This document shows, one piece after another, positions 40,460 through 50,064 of a stretch of DNA of 64,000 bases. Location of the stretch: assembly GCA_050258935.1 (NCBI GenBank), contig JBLMZS010000042.1, positions 12,778 through 76,777 on the forward strand, written 5' to 3'. A program made the position numbers and the translations under genes. Under the pieces are notes generated by a model. That model worked only from the letters and a program-made list of their open reading frames with translations, was not told the origin of the DNA and searched no databases. The DNA is from Bacteroidota bacterium. GTDB lineage: Bacteria; Bacteroidota; Ignavibacteria; Ignavibacteriales; SURF-24. Within the stretch, counting starts at the first letter, position 1. Every line of letters begins with the position of its first letter.

Positions 40460-41362
40460 CTAAAGGCCGGCATGTTTGTCGGCATGGTATGAACTTCTTA
40501 CCAAAGGGGCACTTTCAACGGCTTTGAAACCCAGTTTGAGTCCTTCGGACTTGTACATCCGGAATTCATCCGGGGTAACGTACCTGTCGACCGGCAGATG
40601 CACCTTGGTCGGCTGAAGATACTGTCCAATAGTCAGAATGTCACATCCATGTTCGATCAAATCCTGCATTAGTTCGAGAACCTCTTCCGGTTTTTCCCCG
40701 ATACCCACCATAATACCGCTTTTCGTAGTCAGATTCCTGCTCTTGAACCATCGTATCAGTTCCAGGCTCCTTTCATACTTCGCCTGGGGCCGCACTGCAT
40801 GGTAGAGTCGGTTGACGGTTTCCAGGTTGTGATTCAGTATATCGGGCGGATTCTGCATAATTATCTCAAAAGCCATTTCTGAGCCCTTGAAATCGGGTAT
40901 CAGAATCTCCACAGTGCAACCCGGAACCTGCTGCCTGATGACTCTGACGGTTTCTGCAAATATTGATGCACCACCGTCTTTCAGTTCATCGCGGTTGACC
41001 GAAGTAATTACTGCGTGCTTCAGCTGCAGTATTTCCACTGCTTCAGCTACGCGCCTCGGTTCATCCAGATCCAGCTCATTTGGTATGCCAAGCTTTACAT
41101 TGCAGAAGCCGCAGCTGCGTGTGCATGTATCGCCGAGTATCATAAACGTTGCTGTACGGTTGTTCCAGCACTCGCCCATGTTGGGACACTTTGCCTCCTG
41201 GCATACGGTATTGAGTCTGGAATCCTTTACAAGCTGGTTCAGGTCCGAAAAATTCTGGCCTATAGGCAGCTTCACCTTGAGCCAGTCTGGTCTTTTACCC
41301 AGAGGTTCTTTGTTTTTTTCTATTTGTTCTTTATATTCTCTCTGATGCTGATTAATTACCAT
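40460..41362 (-). CDS. lipA: Lipoyl synthase
   Basis: CQEAKCPNMGECW (auxiliary cluster CX4CX5C) and CTRSCGFCNV (radical-SAM CX3CX2C). The C-terminus ...RSSYHA is typical of LipA. Confidence 0.95.
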   Translation of the reverse strand: MVINQHQREYKEQIEKNKEPLGKRPDWLKVKLPIGQNFSDLNQLVKDSRLNTVCQEAKCPNMGECWNNRTATFMILGDTCTRSCGFCNVKLGIPNELDLDEPRRVAEAVEILQLKHAVITSVNRDELKDGGASIFAETVRVIRQQVPGCTVEILIPDFKGSEMAFEIIMQNPPDILNHNLETVNRLYHAVRPQAKYERSLELIRWFKSRNLTTKSGIMVGIGEKPEEVLELMQDLIEHGCDILTIGQYLQPTKVHLPVDRYVTPDEFRMYKSEGLKLGFKAVESAPLVRSSYHADKHAGL

Positions 41363-41486
41363 ATTTGCCTTTCTATTTTCAATATTTATCCAGGACGGAA
41401 TTTTCAGGTACGATGTTTATTGAAACTTTTGCACGGTTAAATCTAACTAAATTCTTCGGGTTTTAAAACACCATTGCAAATTTTTC

Positions 41487-42950
41487 TCAAAAAACCCCAG
41501 CCCAGTCCGTATTTTCCAGCGTGCTCTTTATCATGGCTAAAAACCTTCCGCCCAGCATGCCGTCTATTATCCTGTGATCGTGACTAAGCGACAGATACAT
41601 CATAGATCTTATGGCAATGGTTTCGATACCGCCGATTTCCATAACAACCGCTTTTCTGGTTACCGCACCTGTACCCAGTATTGCAACTTCAGGCTGATTT
41701 ATTACCGGTGTGCCGAACAAAGTCCCGAACGGGCCGTAGTTCGTTATTGTAAATGTACCTCCGGTAATGTCATCCGGAGTGAGTTTTCTGCTTCTGGCCT
41801 TTTCGCTCAGTGAGGATACCTCATATGCGATACCCTTCAGGTTTTTCATATCAGCATTTTTTATATTCGGGACTATAAGTCCGTCGGGTTCAATAGCTAC
41901 AGCAATGCCCAGATTGATATTTTTCTTAAGTACAATATTAGTGCCATCTATCGATGAATTGACCACAGGATGCTCTTTTAACGCTCTAATGCAGGCGTAT
42001 GCAATAAAGGGCATATAGGTGAGTTTAAGATTTTCTCTTTTCAGGTAAAGGTCTTTATTGTTTTTGATAAAATCATAGATACGGGTTACATCCGCCTCAA
42101 CCACACCTGCCACATGCACTGATGTATCACGGCTGCTGATCATGTGATTCATAATGCGTATGCGCATAGGATCCATCGGGCTCGACTCAGATGCAGATAC
42201 TGCTGCCGGTTCCGGTTTTGATTCTTTTCCGTAAGTTTGACTTTTCTCTTTCGGTTCCTCAGTCTCAGGAATTATTTCGTTATACGCATTTTCTATGTCT
42301 GAATAAACCGATTCAGAAATTTCCTTATCCGCAGTACCGGTTTCCTTTTTTGCATCCCTGTTTTCAATATACTTCAGTATATCATTTTTAGTAACCCTGC
42401 CGCCGTTTCCTGTACCTTTCAGGTTTTTCAGTTCATTTATCGTCACATTCTCTTTTTCGGCTATGTTCATTACCAGCGGAGAAAAGAATGAAGATCCTAA
42501 ACGCGGTTCTGGCTTTTGTGAAGCATCTGGTTTTTGTGAAGCATCTGGTTTTTGTGAAGCATCTGGCTTTTGTGAAGCAATTGTCTTTAATGCAGTTTCG
42601 GCCTGTATCGTATTTTCTGACTCTTCAGGAACGGTATCAGATACTTCTGCCGAAGGTTTTTGGGGTGTTATTTCCTCCTGTTCAGGGTATGTTTCAGAGG
42701 ATGATTTTTCATCTGAGGTCTCTATTGTCGCCACAACTGTATCAACCTCGACAGTCTGCTGTTCAGCTACGAGTATTTTTTCGAGTATTCCCTCTGCCGG
42801 AGAAGGTATTTCAGTGTCAACTTTATCGGTACTGATCTCGAAAATAATTTCGTCTTTTCTAACCGTGTCACCTTCTTTTTTGTGCCACTTTATTATTGTT
42901 CCTTCATTTATGCTCTCACCCATTTTCGGCATTATTACATTTATTTTCAT
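41487..42950 (-). CDS. Dihydrolipoamide acyltransferase (E2) of a 2-oxoacid dehydrogenase complex, probably branched-chain type
   Basis: Lipoyl domain with EISTDKVDTEIPSP, a peripheral-subunit-binding domain (SPLVMNIAEKENV...GTGNGGRVTKNDI), and a catalytic domain with SLSHDHRIIDG. Confidence 0.9.
   Translation of the reverse strand: MKINVIMPKMGESINEGTIIKWHKKEGDTVRKDEIIFEISTDKVDTEIPSPAEGILEKILVAEQQTVEVDTVVATIETSDEKSSSETYPEQEEITPQKPSAEVSDTVPEESENTIQAETALKTIASQKPDASQKPDASQKPDASQKPEPRLGSSFFSPLVMNIAEKENVTINELKNLKGTGNGGRVTKNDILKYIENRDAKKETGTADKEISESVYSDIENAYNEIIPETEEPKEKSQTYGKESKPEPAAVSASESSPMDPMRIRIMNHMISSRDTSVHVAGVVEADVTRIYDFIKNNKDLYLKRENLKLTYMPFIAYACIRALKEHPVVNSSIDGTNIVLKKNINLGIAVAIEPDGLIVPNIKNADMKNLKGIAYEVSSLSEKARSRKLTPDDITGGTFTITNYGPFGTLFGTPVINQPEVAILGTGAVTRKAVVMEIGGIETIAIRSMMYLSLSHDHRIIDGMLGGRFLAMIKSTLENTDWAGVF
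42511..42580. repeat. 18-bp in-frame tandem repeat (about 3.9 copies) inside the E2 linker
   Basis: Plus-strand units are ggcttttgtgaagcatct / ggtttttgtgaagcatct / ggtttttgtgaagcatct / ggcttttgtgaagcaa. Translated on the minus strand, this gives the peptide repeat (SQKPDA)x3 followed by SQKPEP. Confidence 0.95.
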
Positions 42951-43260
42951 ACCCTCCCTCCGGAATAATTGTTTTGGATACTTCTAGTGAACCGATGTAA
43001 ATTCTGCCACCGTTTTTTTACCGGATGCCCGAATTCTGGCAAATTCCGGTTTACAAATTGAAAACAGACCAATGATTCATTAGTTGTACTTTAATTAATT
43101 GTGTCTCACGTTACACCCGACATTTCTGCGCACACCTACAGCGTGCACTTGCGGGTGGGTGTTCCTTCTATGATATTCATATCTTCAGTCCGTATCGGGA
43201 CTGATATATGTTCGCATAACCACCACTCATTTTTCTCCGCACTGTAATTGCGGGGAGGAT

Positions 43261-45375
43261 TTAATACTGGAGCAGTTCCTTCAGTTCCCGGTATATCCTT
43301 TCGCGTGTTGGCAGCACCTGGTTCTCCAGCACCGGATGATACGGAATGTGTGCATCAGCAGCTGCAATGCGTCTTATGGGAGCATCGAGATATCTGAAGC
43401 AGTTTTCTGCAATACGTGCTGCAATTTCACCTCCGAAGCCTCCGGTCAGCATGTCTTCGTGTATTACAGCTGCCTTTCCGCATTTCCTTACAGACTCATA
43501 AATCGTGTCTTCATCCAGCGGTATAAGTGTCCTCAGGTCTATGATCTCTACCGAGAATCCTTCCTGTGCAAGTCTTGAAGCTGCAAAACCCGCTTCGTGC
43601 ACCATGGCTCCATAGGTAATCACTGACAGGTCATTTCCAGCCCTGACATTTTTTGCTTTCCCGAATTCCACTAGATAATCCGTGCCTGGTTCCGGAGATG
43701 ATGAATAACTCTGCCGGTATAATCCTTTATGTTCCAGGAACATGACCGGATCGTTTAGTCTTATCGCAGTTTTCAGCAGGCCTTTTGCATCTGCGGCATT
43801 AGATGGGTATGCAACGAGCAGTCCAGGTATGTGTGTAAAAACCCCTTCTATATTCTGACTGTGGAATAATCCTCCGTGTATATACCCTCCTACTGCGACA
43901 CGAAATACGACCGGGGCAGGCCATTTGTTATTGGATCGGTAGCGGTATGTAGCAATTTCATCCCTGATCTGCATAAATGCGGGCCATATATAATCTCCGA
44001 ATTGTATTTCCACTACTGGTTTGAGTCCTGCAAGCGCCATTCCTGCTGCAACGCCTGCGATACTTGCCTCTGCAAGAGGTGAATTGAATACGCGGGAATT
44101 CCCATAAATAGTGGACAGGCCCTTGGTTGCAGAAAATACGCCGCCTTTTCCGTCTGCAATATCTTCGCCGAAAATGTATATGCTGTCATTTATTGCCATT
44201 TCTTCGTGCAATGCATGATTTACCGCGTCCACCATAACAATTTTCTTTCCATCGGGAGCAGTCTTTTCATATTCCATTTGCGGCGGATTGCTCATCAGCT
44301 CCGTTACATATCTTAGTGCAGTCGATGCTTCGGGGTCCTTAGCTTTCATCGCCTGAGCAGCAGCTGTTTCTACCATAGCCTCTGCCTCAGATTTCATTTG
44401 CCCGAAATCATTCTCTGTAATTATTTTTTTCTGTATCAGATACGCAGAGAACTGACTAATAGGGCATTTTTCGAAATCGCCCTGAATTTCCTCAGCAGCC
44501 CTGTATTTTTTCTGATCGTCAGAGGAAGAATGCGACATTAGTCTGACTACATCTGCTTCAATCAGAGCCGGTCCCTTCAACTGTCTTGCCCGCCTGAATG
44601 CAGCCTGAGCGGCCCTGTAGCACAACATGAAGTTAGAACCGTTCACCCTAAGACGCAGAAGATTGTCATACCCTTTCATCATCTCCGATATTGAAGCATT
44701 TTTTCCGCCGCACTGGTTTTCGACCGGTACTGAAATGGCATAGCGGTTGTTCTGGACTAAAAATACCACCGGCAGCCTTTCCCTGCTGGCCCAGTTGACT
44801 GCCTCATGGAATTCACCCTGACTTGTGGTCCCTTCGCCGCTGCTCACATAAGTCACCGCTTCAATTCCATTCTTTTTATTTGCCAGTGCAGTCCCGACTG
44901 CCTGCAGGAACTGTGTGCCGGTAGGACTCGACTGAGTGGGAATGTTCAGCTCACGGTATCCCCAGTGACATGGCATCTGTCTGCCGCCGGACATCGGGTC
45001 TTCAGCTTTTGCCAGCAGCGACAGGAATATTTCCTCCGGTTTTACACCCATCGAAAGCATAAACGCCAGATCGCGGTAATATGGGAAAGCCCAGTCTATG
45101 CCGGGCTTCATTGAAAGCGCACATGCAACCTGCGGGGCTTCGTGTCCCGCTCCTGCAATATGGAAAAAAGATTTTCCCTGTTTCAGCAGATTCATGCATT
45201 TTTTGTCAATTTCCCTGGATACATACATCAGCTGTAATGACCTGTATAATTCATCCTTCGACATTCCGCCAAACAATCCGTTATTATTCCCGGCACCGCG
45301 TAAATCCTCAGTATAAGACATCTTATCCAGTATTTCGTTATAGTTCGTTGCATTATCCATTTTAAGCCCTGTCAA
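43261..45375 (-). CDS. 2-oxoacid dehydrogenase E1 component, fused alpha/beta subunits (branched-chain 2-oxoacid dehydrogenase-like)
   Basis: 704 aa. The N-half has the TPP motif SGEGTTSQGEFHEAVNWAS...FLVQNNRYAIS. The C-half is transketolase-like (IYIFGEDIADGKGGVFSAT...FNSPLAEASI). It starts 1 nt after the lipB stop. Confidence 0.85.
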   Translation of the reverse strand: MTGLKMDNATNYNEILDKMSYTEDLRGAGNNNGLFGGMSKDELYRSLQLMYVSREIDKKCMNLLKQGKSFFHIAGAGHEAPQVACALSMKPGIDWAFPYYRDLAFMLSMGVKPEEIFLSLLAKAEDPMSGGRQMPCHWGYRELNIPTQSSPTGTQFLQAVGTALANKKNGIEAVTYVSSGEGTTSQGEFHEAVNWASRERLPVVFLVQNNRYAISVPVENQCGGKNASISEMMKGYDNLLRLRVNGSNFMLCYRAAQAAFRRARQLKGPALIEADVVRLMSHSSSDDQKKYRAAEEIQGDFEKCPISQFSAYLIQKKIITENDFGQMKSEAEAMVETAAAQAMKAKDPEASTALRYVTELMSNPPQMEYEKTAPDGKKIVMVDAVNHALHEEMAINDSIYIFGEDIADGKGGVFSATKGLSTIYGNSRVFNSPLAEASIAGVAAGMALAGLKPVVEIQFGDYIWPAFMQIRDEIATYRYRSNNKWPAPVVFRVAVGGYIHGGLFHSQNIEGVFTHIPGLLVAYPSNAADAKGLLKTAIRLNDPVMFLEHKGLYRQSYSSSPEPGTDYLVEFGKAKNVRAGNDLSVITYGAMVHEAGFAASRLAQEGFSVEIIDLRTLIPLDEDTIYESVRKCGKAAVIHEDMLTGGFGGEIAARIAENCFRYLDAPIRRIAAADAHIPYHPVLENQVLPTRERIYRELKELLQY

Positions 45376-45376
45376 T

Positions 45377-46153
45377 TTATATAGAAGCAGCTACAAGTTC
45401 AGCGATCCGGTTTTTGACATCCGCTGTACTGCATGCAATTCTATCGTATGAAAAAATATGTTTAAAGTTATCGAGCAGTTTTTCCTTTACATTCTCAACG
45501 GTAATATCCCTCTGAAGTTCCTTATTCAAAGAAGTTACTTCTTTGTCACGGATTCCGCAAGGTATAATTCCGCCAAAATAATCCAGATCAGTAGACACAT
45601 TGAGCGCAAATCCGTGCATGGTTATCCACCGGCTAATCTTTATGCCTATTGCCGCAATTTTCCTGTTTTCGATCCATACACCTGTCAGCCCTTCAATGCG
45701 TCCGGTTTTAAGGCCGTATTGGCCGAGTGTTCTTATAATTACTTCTTCGAGGGATCTGAGATACAGGTGAGCATCTGCATGCCATTCATTCAGGTTTATT
45801 ACCGGATAGCCTACTATCTGTCCCGGACCGTGGTATGTAATATCACCGCCTCTGTCAATATCAAATACCGATATTCCCTTTTCTCTGAGATATTCTGGTG
45901 TACATGTTAGGTTTGACTTATCTGCTGTTTTCCCGAGAGTATATGTGTGAGGGTGTTCAAGCAGCAGAAGTGTATCGTTAACGTTTCCGCGGTGTCTTTC
46001 TTCAAACAGGTGTTTCTGCAGCTTCCATGCCGTGTCATAATCAATCATACCAGTATCGGAATAGTCGAGCACCCTTTCCTGTACTGTTATTCCTTTTAGT
46101 TCCTGTTCCTGAAGAACAGACAGTTCTTCATTAAATGTGGATAGCTTCTCCAT
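45377..46153 (-). CDS. lipB: Lipoyl(octanoyl) transferase
   Basis: LLLLEHPHTYTLG, RGGDITYHGPGQIVGYP, KIAAIGIKISRWITMHGFALNV are canonical LipB blocks. Confidence 0.9.
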   Translation of the reverse strand: MEKLSTFNEELSVLQEQELKGITVQERVLDYSDTGMIDYDTAWKLQKHLFEERHRGNVNDTLLLLEHPHTYTLGKTADKSNLTCTPEYLREKGISVFDIDRGGDITYHGPGQIVGYPVINLNEWHADAHLYLRSLEEVIIRTLGQYGLKTGRIEGLTGVWIENRKIAAIGIKISRWITMHGFALNVSTDLDYFGGIIPCGIRDKEVTSLNKELQRDITVENVKEKLLDNFKHIFSYDRIACSTADVKNRIAELVAASI

Positions 46154-47537
46154 ATGCAGCAGCTGCCGCCTCCATAATTGCTTCTGAAAACGTTGGATGT
46201 GAATGTATTGTTTTTATAATTGATTCAGCCGTAGCTCCATGTGATTTTGCAACGACAGCTTCTTCAAGTATTTCAGTTGCAGAAGAACCGATGATGTGTG
46301 CACCCAGCAGTTCTCCGTATTTCGCGTCAAATATCAGTTTTACAAATCCGTCCCTTTCACCGGCTGCAAACGCCCGGCCTGATGCAGTAAACGGGAATTT
46401 ACCGATTTTTATTTCCAGTCCCGCCTCGCGCGCGGCGTGTTCGGTCATACCGATACTTGCGACCTGAGGCTGACAGAATGTACAAGCCGGAATCGATCCG
46501 TAATCGATGTCCGGTACATTGAGTCCGCTCAGTTTTTCGACACAATTAATTGCCTCGGCACTCGCAACGTGTGCAAGGAGCGGAGGTCCGATGACGTCCC
46601 CAACCGCATATATGTTCTGGTTTTCAGTCATATAGTCCGACTTATTAACACTTATAAATCCCTTTTCTGTTTTTACCCGGGTATTCTCCAGACCGATACC
46701 ATCTATATTCCCAGTGACTCCGGCAGCAGAGAGCACTATTTTACCGTTCAGTATTTTTTTGCCTTCCGGTGTTTCAACAGAAACGGTAACGCTTCCGTTT
46801 TTTACCGTTTCAGTTTCCAGTACTCTGCTGTTTAATAGTACCTCTATTCCCTGTTTTCTGAATTCACGCAGTAATAGACGGCTAACTTCCTCGTCTTCAA
46901 GAGGCAGTACGTTACTTAGAACTTCAATTATTGTAACTTTAGTTCCCAAAGTATTATAAAAAAATGCAAATTCCACACCTATTGCACCGGCTCCAACGAT
47001 TATCATGCTTTCAGGAATCTCTTTCAGCGCAAGAGCCTCTGTACTTGTGATCACTTTCATTCTGTCTACAGGAACTGATGGCAGGATTCTGGCTCCGGCA
47101 CCAGTCGCAATAATCAGTTTTTCAGCCTTTACTTCCCTGCTTTCACCATTGTTCTTTATTTCCAGAGTTACCGGGCCGGATGCGTTTATTATTCGCCCTG
47201 TACCTTTTATATTCTCAACTCCGTTTTTTTTCAACAAACCGTCCACATTTTTTGAAATTTTATCCGAAATGTCGCGGCTTCTCCTGATGATTTTAGAAAA
47301 ATCCACGGAATAATTTTCTATGCTGATGCCGAATTCTGAAGAATGCTTTATATTGTGCAGTATTTCCGCGTTCTTCAGCAGTGCTTTGGTCGGAATACAG
47401 CCCCAGTTCAGGCAGATGCCTCCTGACTTGTCCTTTTCAATCACAGCAGTGCTGAATCCCAGCTGAGCCGCCCTGATGGCGGCGACATATCCTCCGGGTC
47501 CTGCACCCAGTATGGCTACATCATAGCTATTGTTCAT
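46131..47537 (-). CDS. lpdA: Dihydrolipoyl dehydrogenase (E3)
   Basis: FAD motif ILGAGPGGYVAA, redox disulfide GGICLNWGCIPTK, NAD motif VGAGAIGVEFA, and C-terminal HSHPTFSE. Confidence 0.95.
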   Translation of the reverse strand: MNNSYDVAILGAGPGGYVAAIRAAQLGFSTAVIEKDKSGGICLNWGCIPTKALLKNAEILHNIKHSSEFGISIENYSVDFSKIIRRSRDISDKISKNVDGLLKKNGVENIKGTGRIINASGPVTLEIKNNGESREVKAEKLIIATGAGARILPSVPVDRMKVITSTEALALKEIPESMIIVGAGAIGVEFAFFYNTLGTKVTIIEVLSNVLPLEDEEVSRLLLREFRKQGIEVLLNSRVLETETVKNGSVTVSVETPEGKKILNGKIVLSAAGVTGNIDGIGLENTRVKTEKGFISVNKSDYMTENQNIYAVGDVIGPPLLAHVASAEAINCVEKLSGLNVPDIDYGSIPACTFCQPQVASIGMTEHAAREAGLEIKIGKFPFTASGRAFAAGERDGFVKLIFDAKYGELLGAHIIGSSATEILEEAVVAKSHGATAESIIKTIHSHPTFSEAIMEAAAAAYGEAIHI

Positions 47538-47756
47538 GTATCATTCCATATAATTGACACGTCATCTTTTATTTCCAATTTAATACAATATACGTAATAA
47601 ACAAACCACTTCCTTTTTGACGGATGGGCTGGCAGTATTCAATGCTATATCATTTCTCTCGGACCTGTAATTCAAACTTTAAATAAAACTTTGAATTATT
47701 GATTTTTTGATTTATAATTTACTTTATGATATAATATTTTTACGAAGGAGGAATAT

Positions 47757-49112
47757 ATGCCCACACTCATGGTCAGCATTTCTGGGATAAGGGGGATTGT
47801 TGGAGACGGACTTGATCCTGAGGTTCTTGTTAAATATACTTCAGCATATGCAGATTTCTGCGGCAAAGGAAGTGTTGTAGTCGGCCGCGATGCACGCATC
47901 TCCGGCAAAATGGTTATGGATATTGTTGCCGGGACGCTTCTGGCAAAAGGAATAGATGTAATTGACATCGGAATAGTACCTACCCCGACAGTACAGTACA
48001 CGGTAAAGACGCTGGGAGCAAAAGGCGGAATTGCCATTTCTGCAAGTCATAATCCAAATCAATGGAATGCCCTGAAACTGATCAATTCTACGGGACAGTT
48101 TCTGAGTCCGGAGGAGAATCAGGTGTTTACAAAGATAATTGCCGAAGGCTCAAACGGTTACGTCAGCTGGCAGGAGCTGGGGAAATACAGCGATTTTGAG
48201 GAAGGTCTTAAAAGGCACATGGATGACGTCCTGAAACTGAATTATATAGACGTGGATGCCATAAGGAAAAGGAAGTTCAGGGTAGTTGCCGACTGTGTCA
48301 ACGGAGCTGGTGTATACTGCATACCTGACCTGCTTCGCCGTTTCGGATGCGATGTCATTGAGCTGAACTGCGAGAAAACCGGAATATTCCCGAGGCTTCC
48401 GGAGCCGCTTCCTGAAAACCTTACAGAAACCATGAAAGCCGTCAGAGAACACAACGCCGAGATAGGCATTGTAGTGGATCCGGATGTGGACAGGCTGGTG
48501 CTTATTACAGAAAAAGGTGAACCTTTCGGAGAAGAAAATACAATTGCCCAGGCGGTGAAATTCATACTGTCAAAAGAAAAAGGCAGCGTATGTGTTAACC
48601 TTTCGACAACCCGTGCAGTTGATGATATTGCATCTGCAAGCGGCTGCACTGTGTTCCGTTCTCCTGTAGGTGAAGCCAATGTTGTAAAACTGATGAAGGA
48701 GACCGGTGCAATTATAGGTGGAGAAGGCAGCGGCGGTGTAATTTATCCCGCACTGCACTACGGCAGGGATGCACTCGTTGGTATTGCAATTACTCTGCAG
48801 CACCTGCTTGAATCAGGCGGGACAGCAAGCGCTCTGAAGGAATCGCTTCCCCGCTATTTTATTGCCAAAAGAAAAATTGAACTGGGTGCAGCAGATCCTG
48901 ACAAGATAATAAGCTGCCTGAAAGAAAAATACAGTGCGGAAAAAATAAATACTGACGACGGGCTAAGGATTGATTTCAATGACCACTGGGTACATTTCAG
49001 GAAATCCAATACAGAACCGATCATCCGCTGCCTTACTGAAGCTAGTGATGAAGCTGCTGCTATGGAGTATATTGACAGGTACTTCGGAGAAATTAAGGCG
49101 ATGCTCCAGTAA
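47757..49112 (+). CDS. glmM: Phosphohexomutase, probably phosphoglucosamine mutase (Bacteroidota-type GlmM)
   Basis: SISGIRGIVG N-terminus, active-site SASHNPNQWN, metal loop VDPDVDR, and GEGSGG. A strong SD (aggagg) lies 8 nt upstream. Substrate specificity is inferred only. Confidence 0.7.
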   Translation: MPTLMVSISGIRGIVGDGLDPEVLVKYTSAYADFCGKGSVVVGRDARISGKMVMDIVAGTLLAKGIDVIDIGIVPTPTVQYTVKTLGAKGGIAISASHNPNQWNALKLINSTGQFLSPEENQVFTKIIAEGSNGYVSWQELGKYSDFEEGLKRHMDDVLKLNYIDVDAIRKRKFRVVADCVNGAGVYCIPDLLRRFGCDVIELNCEKTGIFPRLPEPLPENLTETMKAVREHNAEIGIVVDPDVDRLVLITEKGEPFGEENTIAQAVKFILSKEKGSVCVNLSTTRAVDDIASASGCTVFRSPVGEANVVKLMKETGAIIGGEGSGGVIYPALHYGRDALVGIAITLQHLLESGGTASALKESLPRYFIAKRKIELGAADPDKIISCLKEKYSAEKINTDDGLRIDFNDHWVHFRKSNTEPIIRCLTEASDEAAAMEYIDRYFGEIKAMLQ

Positions 49113-49152
49113 AGGTACTATACGCTTTTCAGCCCGGATATTTCATATTTGC

Positions 49153-50064
49153 TTAGTGTAGTTTATGGCGCTTCTTAAAATAACTGAGAAGCGCCTTATC
49201 AAACGGCGTAGCCGTATCGATCAGATTATATTCTATTCCGGAATTCAGGCATTCCGTTTTAATCCTGTCTGTAAAAGCCTGCACTGTTTCTCTGTATGAT
49301 TTCATTATATGATACGGCTGTACTGTGATCTCCCGGCCATCTTCCATATCGCGGAATACGGCATCCTGCCCGAAATCAAAACTCAATTCCAACGGATCCA
49401 GCAGCTGAAAAACAATCACTTCATTTTGTTTGTATCTGAAATGCCTCAGGGCTTTCATGACCGATTCCACATCATCAAAGAAATCGGAGATAATTATCAC
49501 CAATCCCCGCCGCCTGACTTTTTCGGCTATGGTATTCAGGCAATTCGCGGTTCTGGTCTGGTTTGACGGCTTTACTGAGGCCAGGACTCTCAGCAGCTCT
49601 GCCAGGTAAGTTCGGTTGGATTTAGGAGGCAGTATTGCTTCTATCTTATCCGAGTAAAGAGATATTCCAGCTGCATCCTGCTGTCTGAGCATCAGATAAA
49701 TCAGGCTTGCCGAAAGCATCATGCCATAGTGATGCTTTGTGGGTGTGTTGCCATAACTGAAGTCCATGGAACGGCTGACATCCAGTATGACGTGGCTTAT
49801 GAGATTAGTCTCTTCCTCAAACTGTTTTATATAATATTTTTCCGTTTTGGCATAAACCTTCCAGTCGATATTCTTCAGTGCATCACCCTGCATGTACGGG
49901 CGGTGCTCACTGAACTCCACACTGAATCCGTGGTATGGACTTTTATGCAGACCGACCATAAAGCCTTCCACTACGAGTCTGGCTTTCATTTCGAGAGAAT
50001 TCAGTTTTGATACTACAGACGGATCTAGATATTTTTTGAAATCCAGTTGTTCGGAAGTTTTCAT
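49153..50064 (-). CDS. DUF58 domain protein (vWA-like, MoxR-associated family)
   Basis: GFSVEFSEHRPYMQGDALKNIDWKVYAKTEKYYIKQFEEETN is the characteristic DUF58 block. 303 aa. The start overlaps the upstream gene's stop by 4 nt. Confidence 0.8.
   Translation of the reverse strand: MKTSEQLDFKKYLDPSVVSKLNSLEMKARLVVEGFMVGLHKSPYHGFSVEFSEHRPYMQGDALKNIDWKVYAKTEKYYIKQFEEETNLISHVILDVSRSMDFSYGNTPTKHHYGMMLSASLIYLMLRQQDAAGISLYSDKIEAILPPKSNRTYLAELLRVLASVKPSNQTRTANCLNTIAEKVRRRGLVIIISDFFDDVESVMKALRHFRYKQNEVIVFQLLDPLELSFDFGQDAVFRDMEDGREITVQPYHIMKSYRETVQAFTDRIKTECLNSGIEYNLIDTATPFDKALLSYFKKRHKLH

Noticed and set aside
42463-42987. A 174-aa plus-strand ORF, with a sibling at 42488-42835, carrying the repeat GFCEAS / HLVFVK.
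   Set aside because: It is an antisense shadow of the E2 gene, and the peptide repeat is simply the reverse reading of the SQKPDA linker repeat. The same reasoning applies to other long antisense ORFs, for example 24381-24926, 47696-48037, 51972-52526, 53514-54050 and 40887-41345.
43020-43240. Micro-ORFs in the E1-E2 gap (minus strand MSGGYANIYQSRYGLKI and MNHWSVFNL).
   Set aside because: They are too short and have no RBS. Nothing supports them beyond an ATG and a stop.
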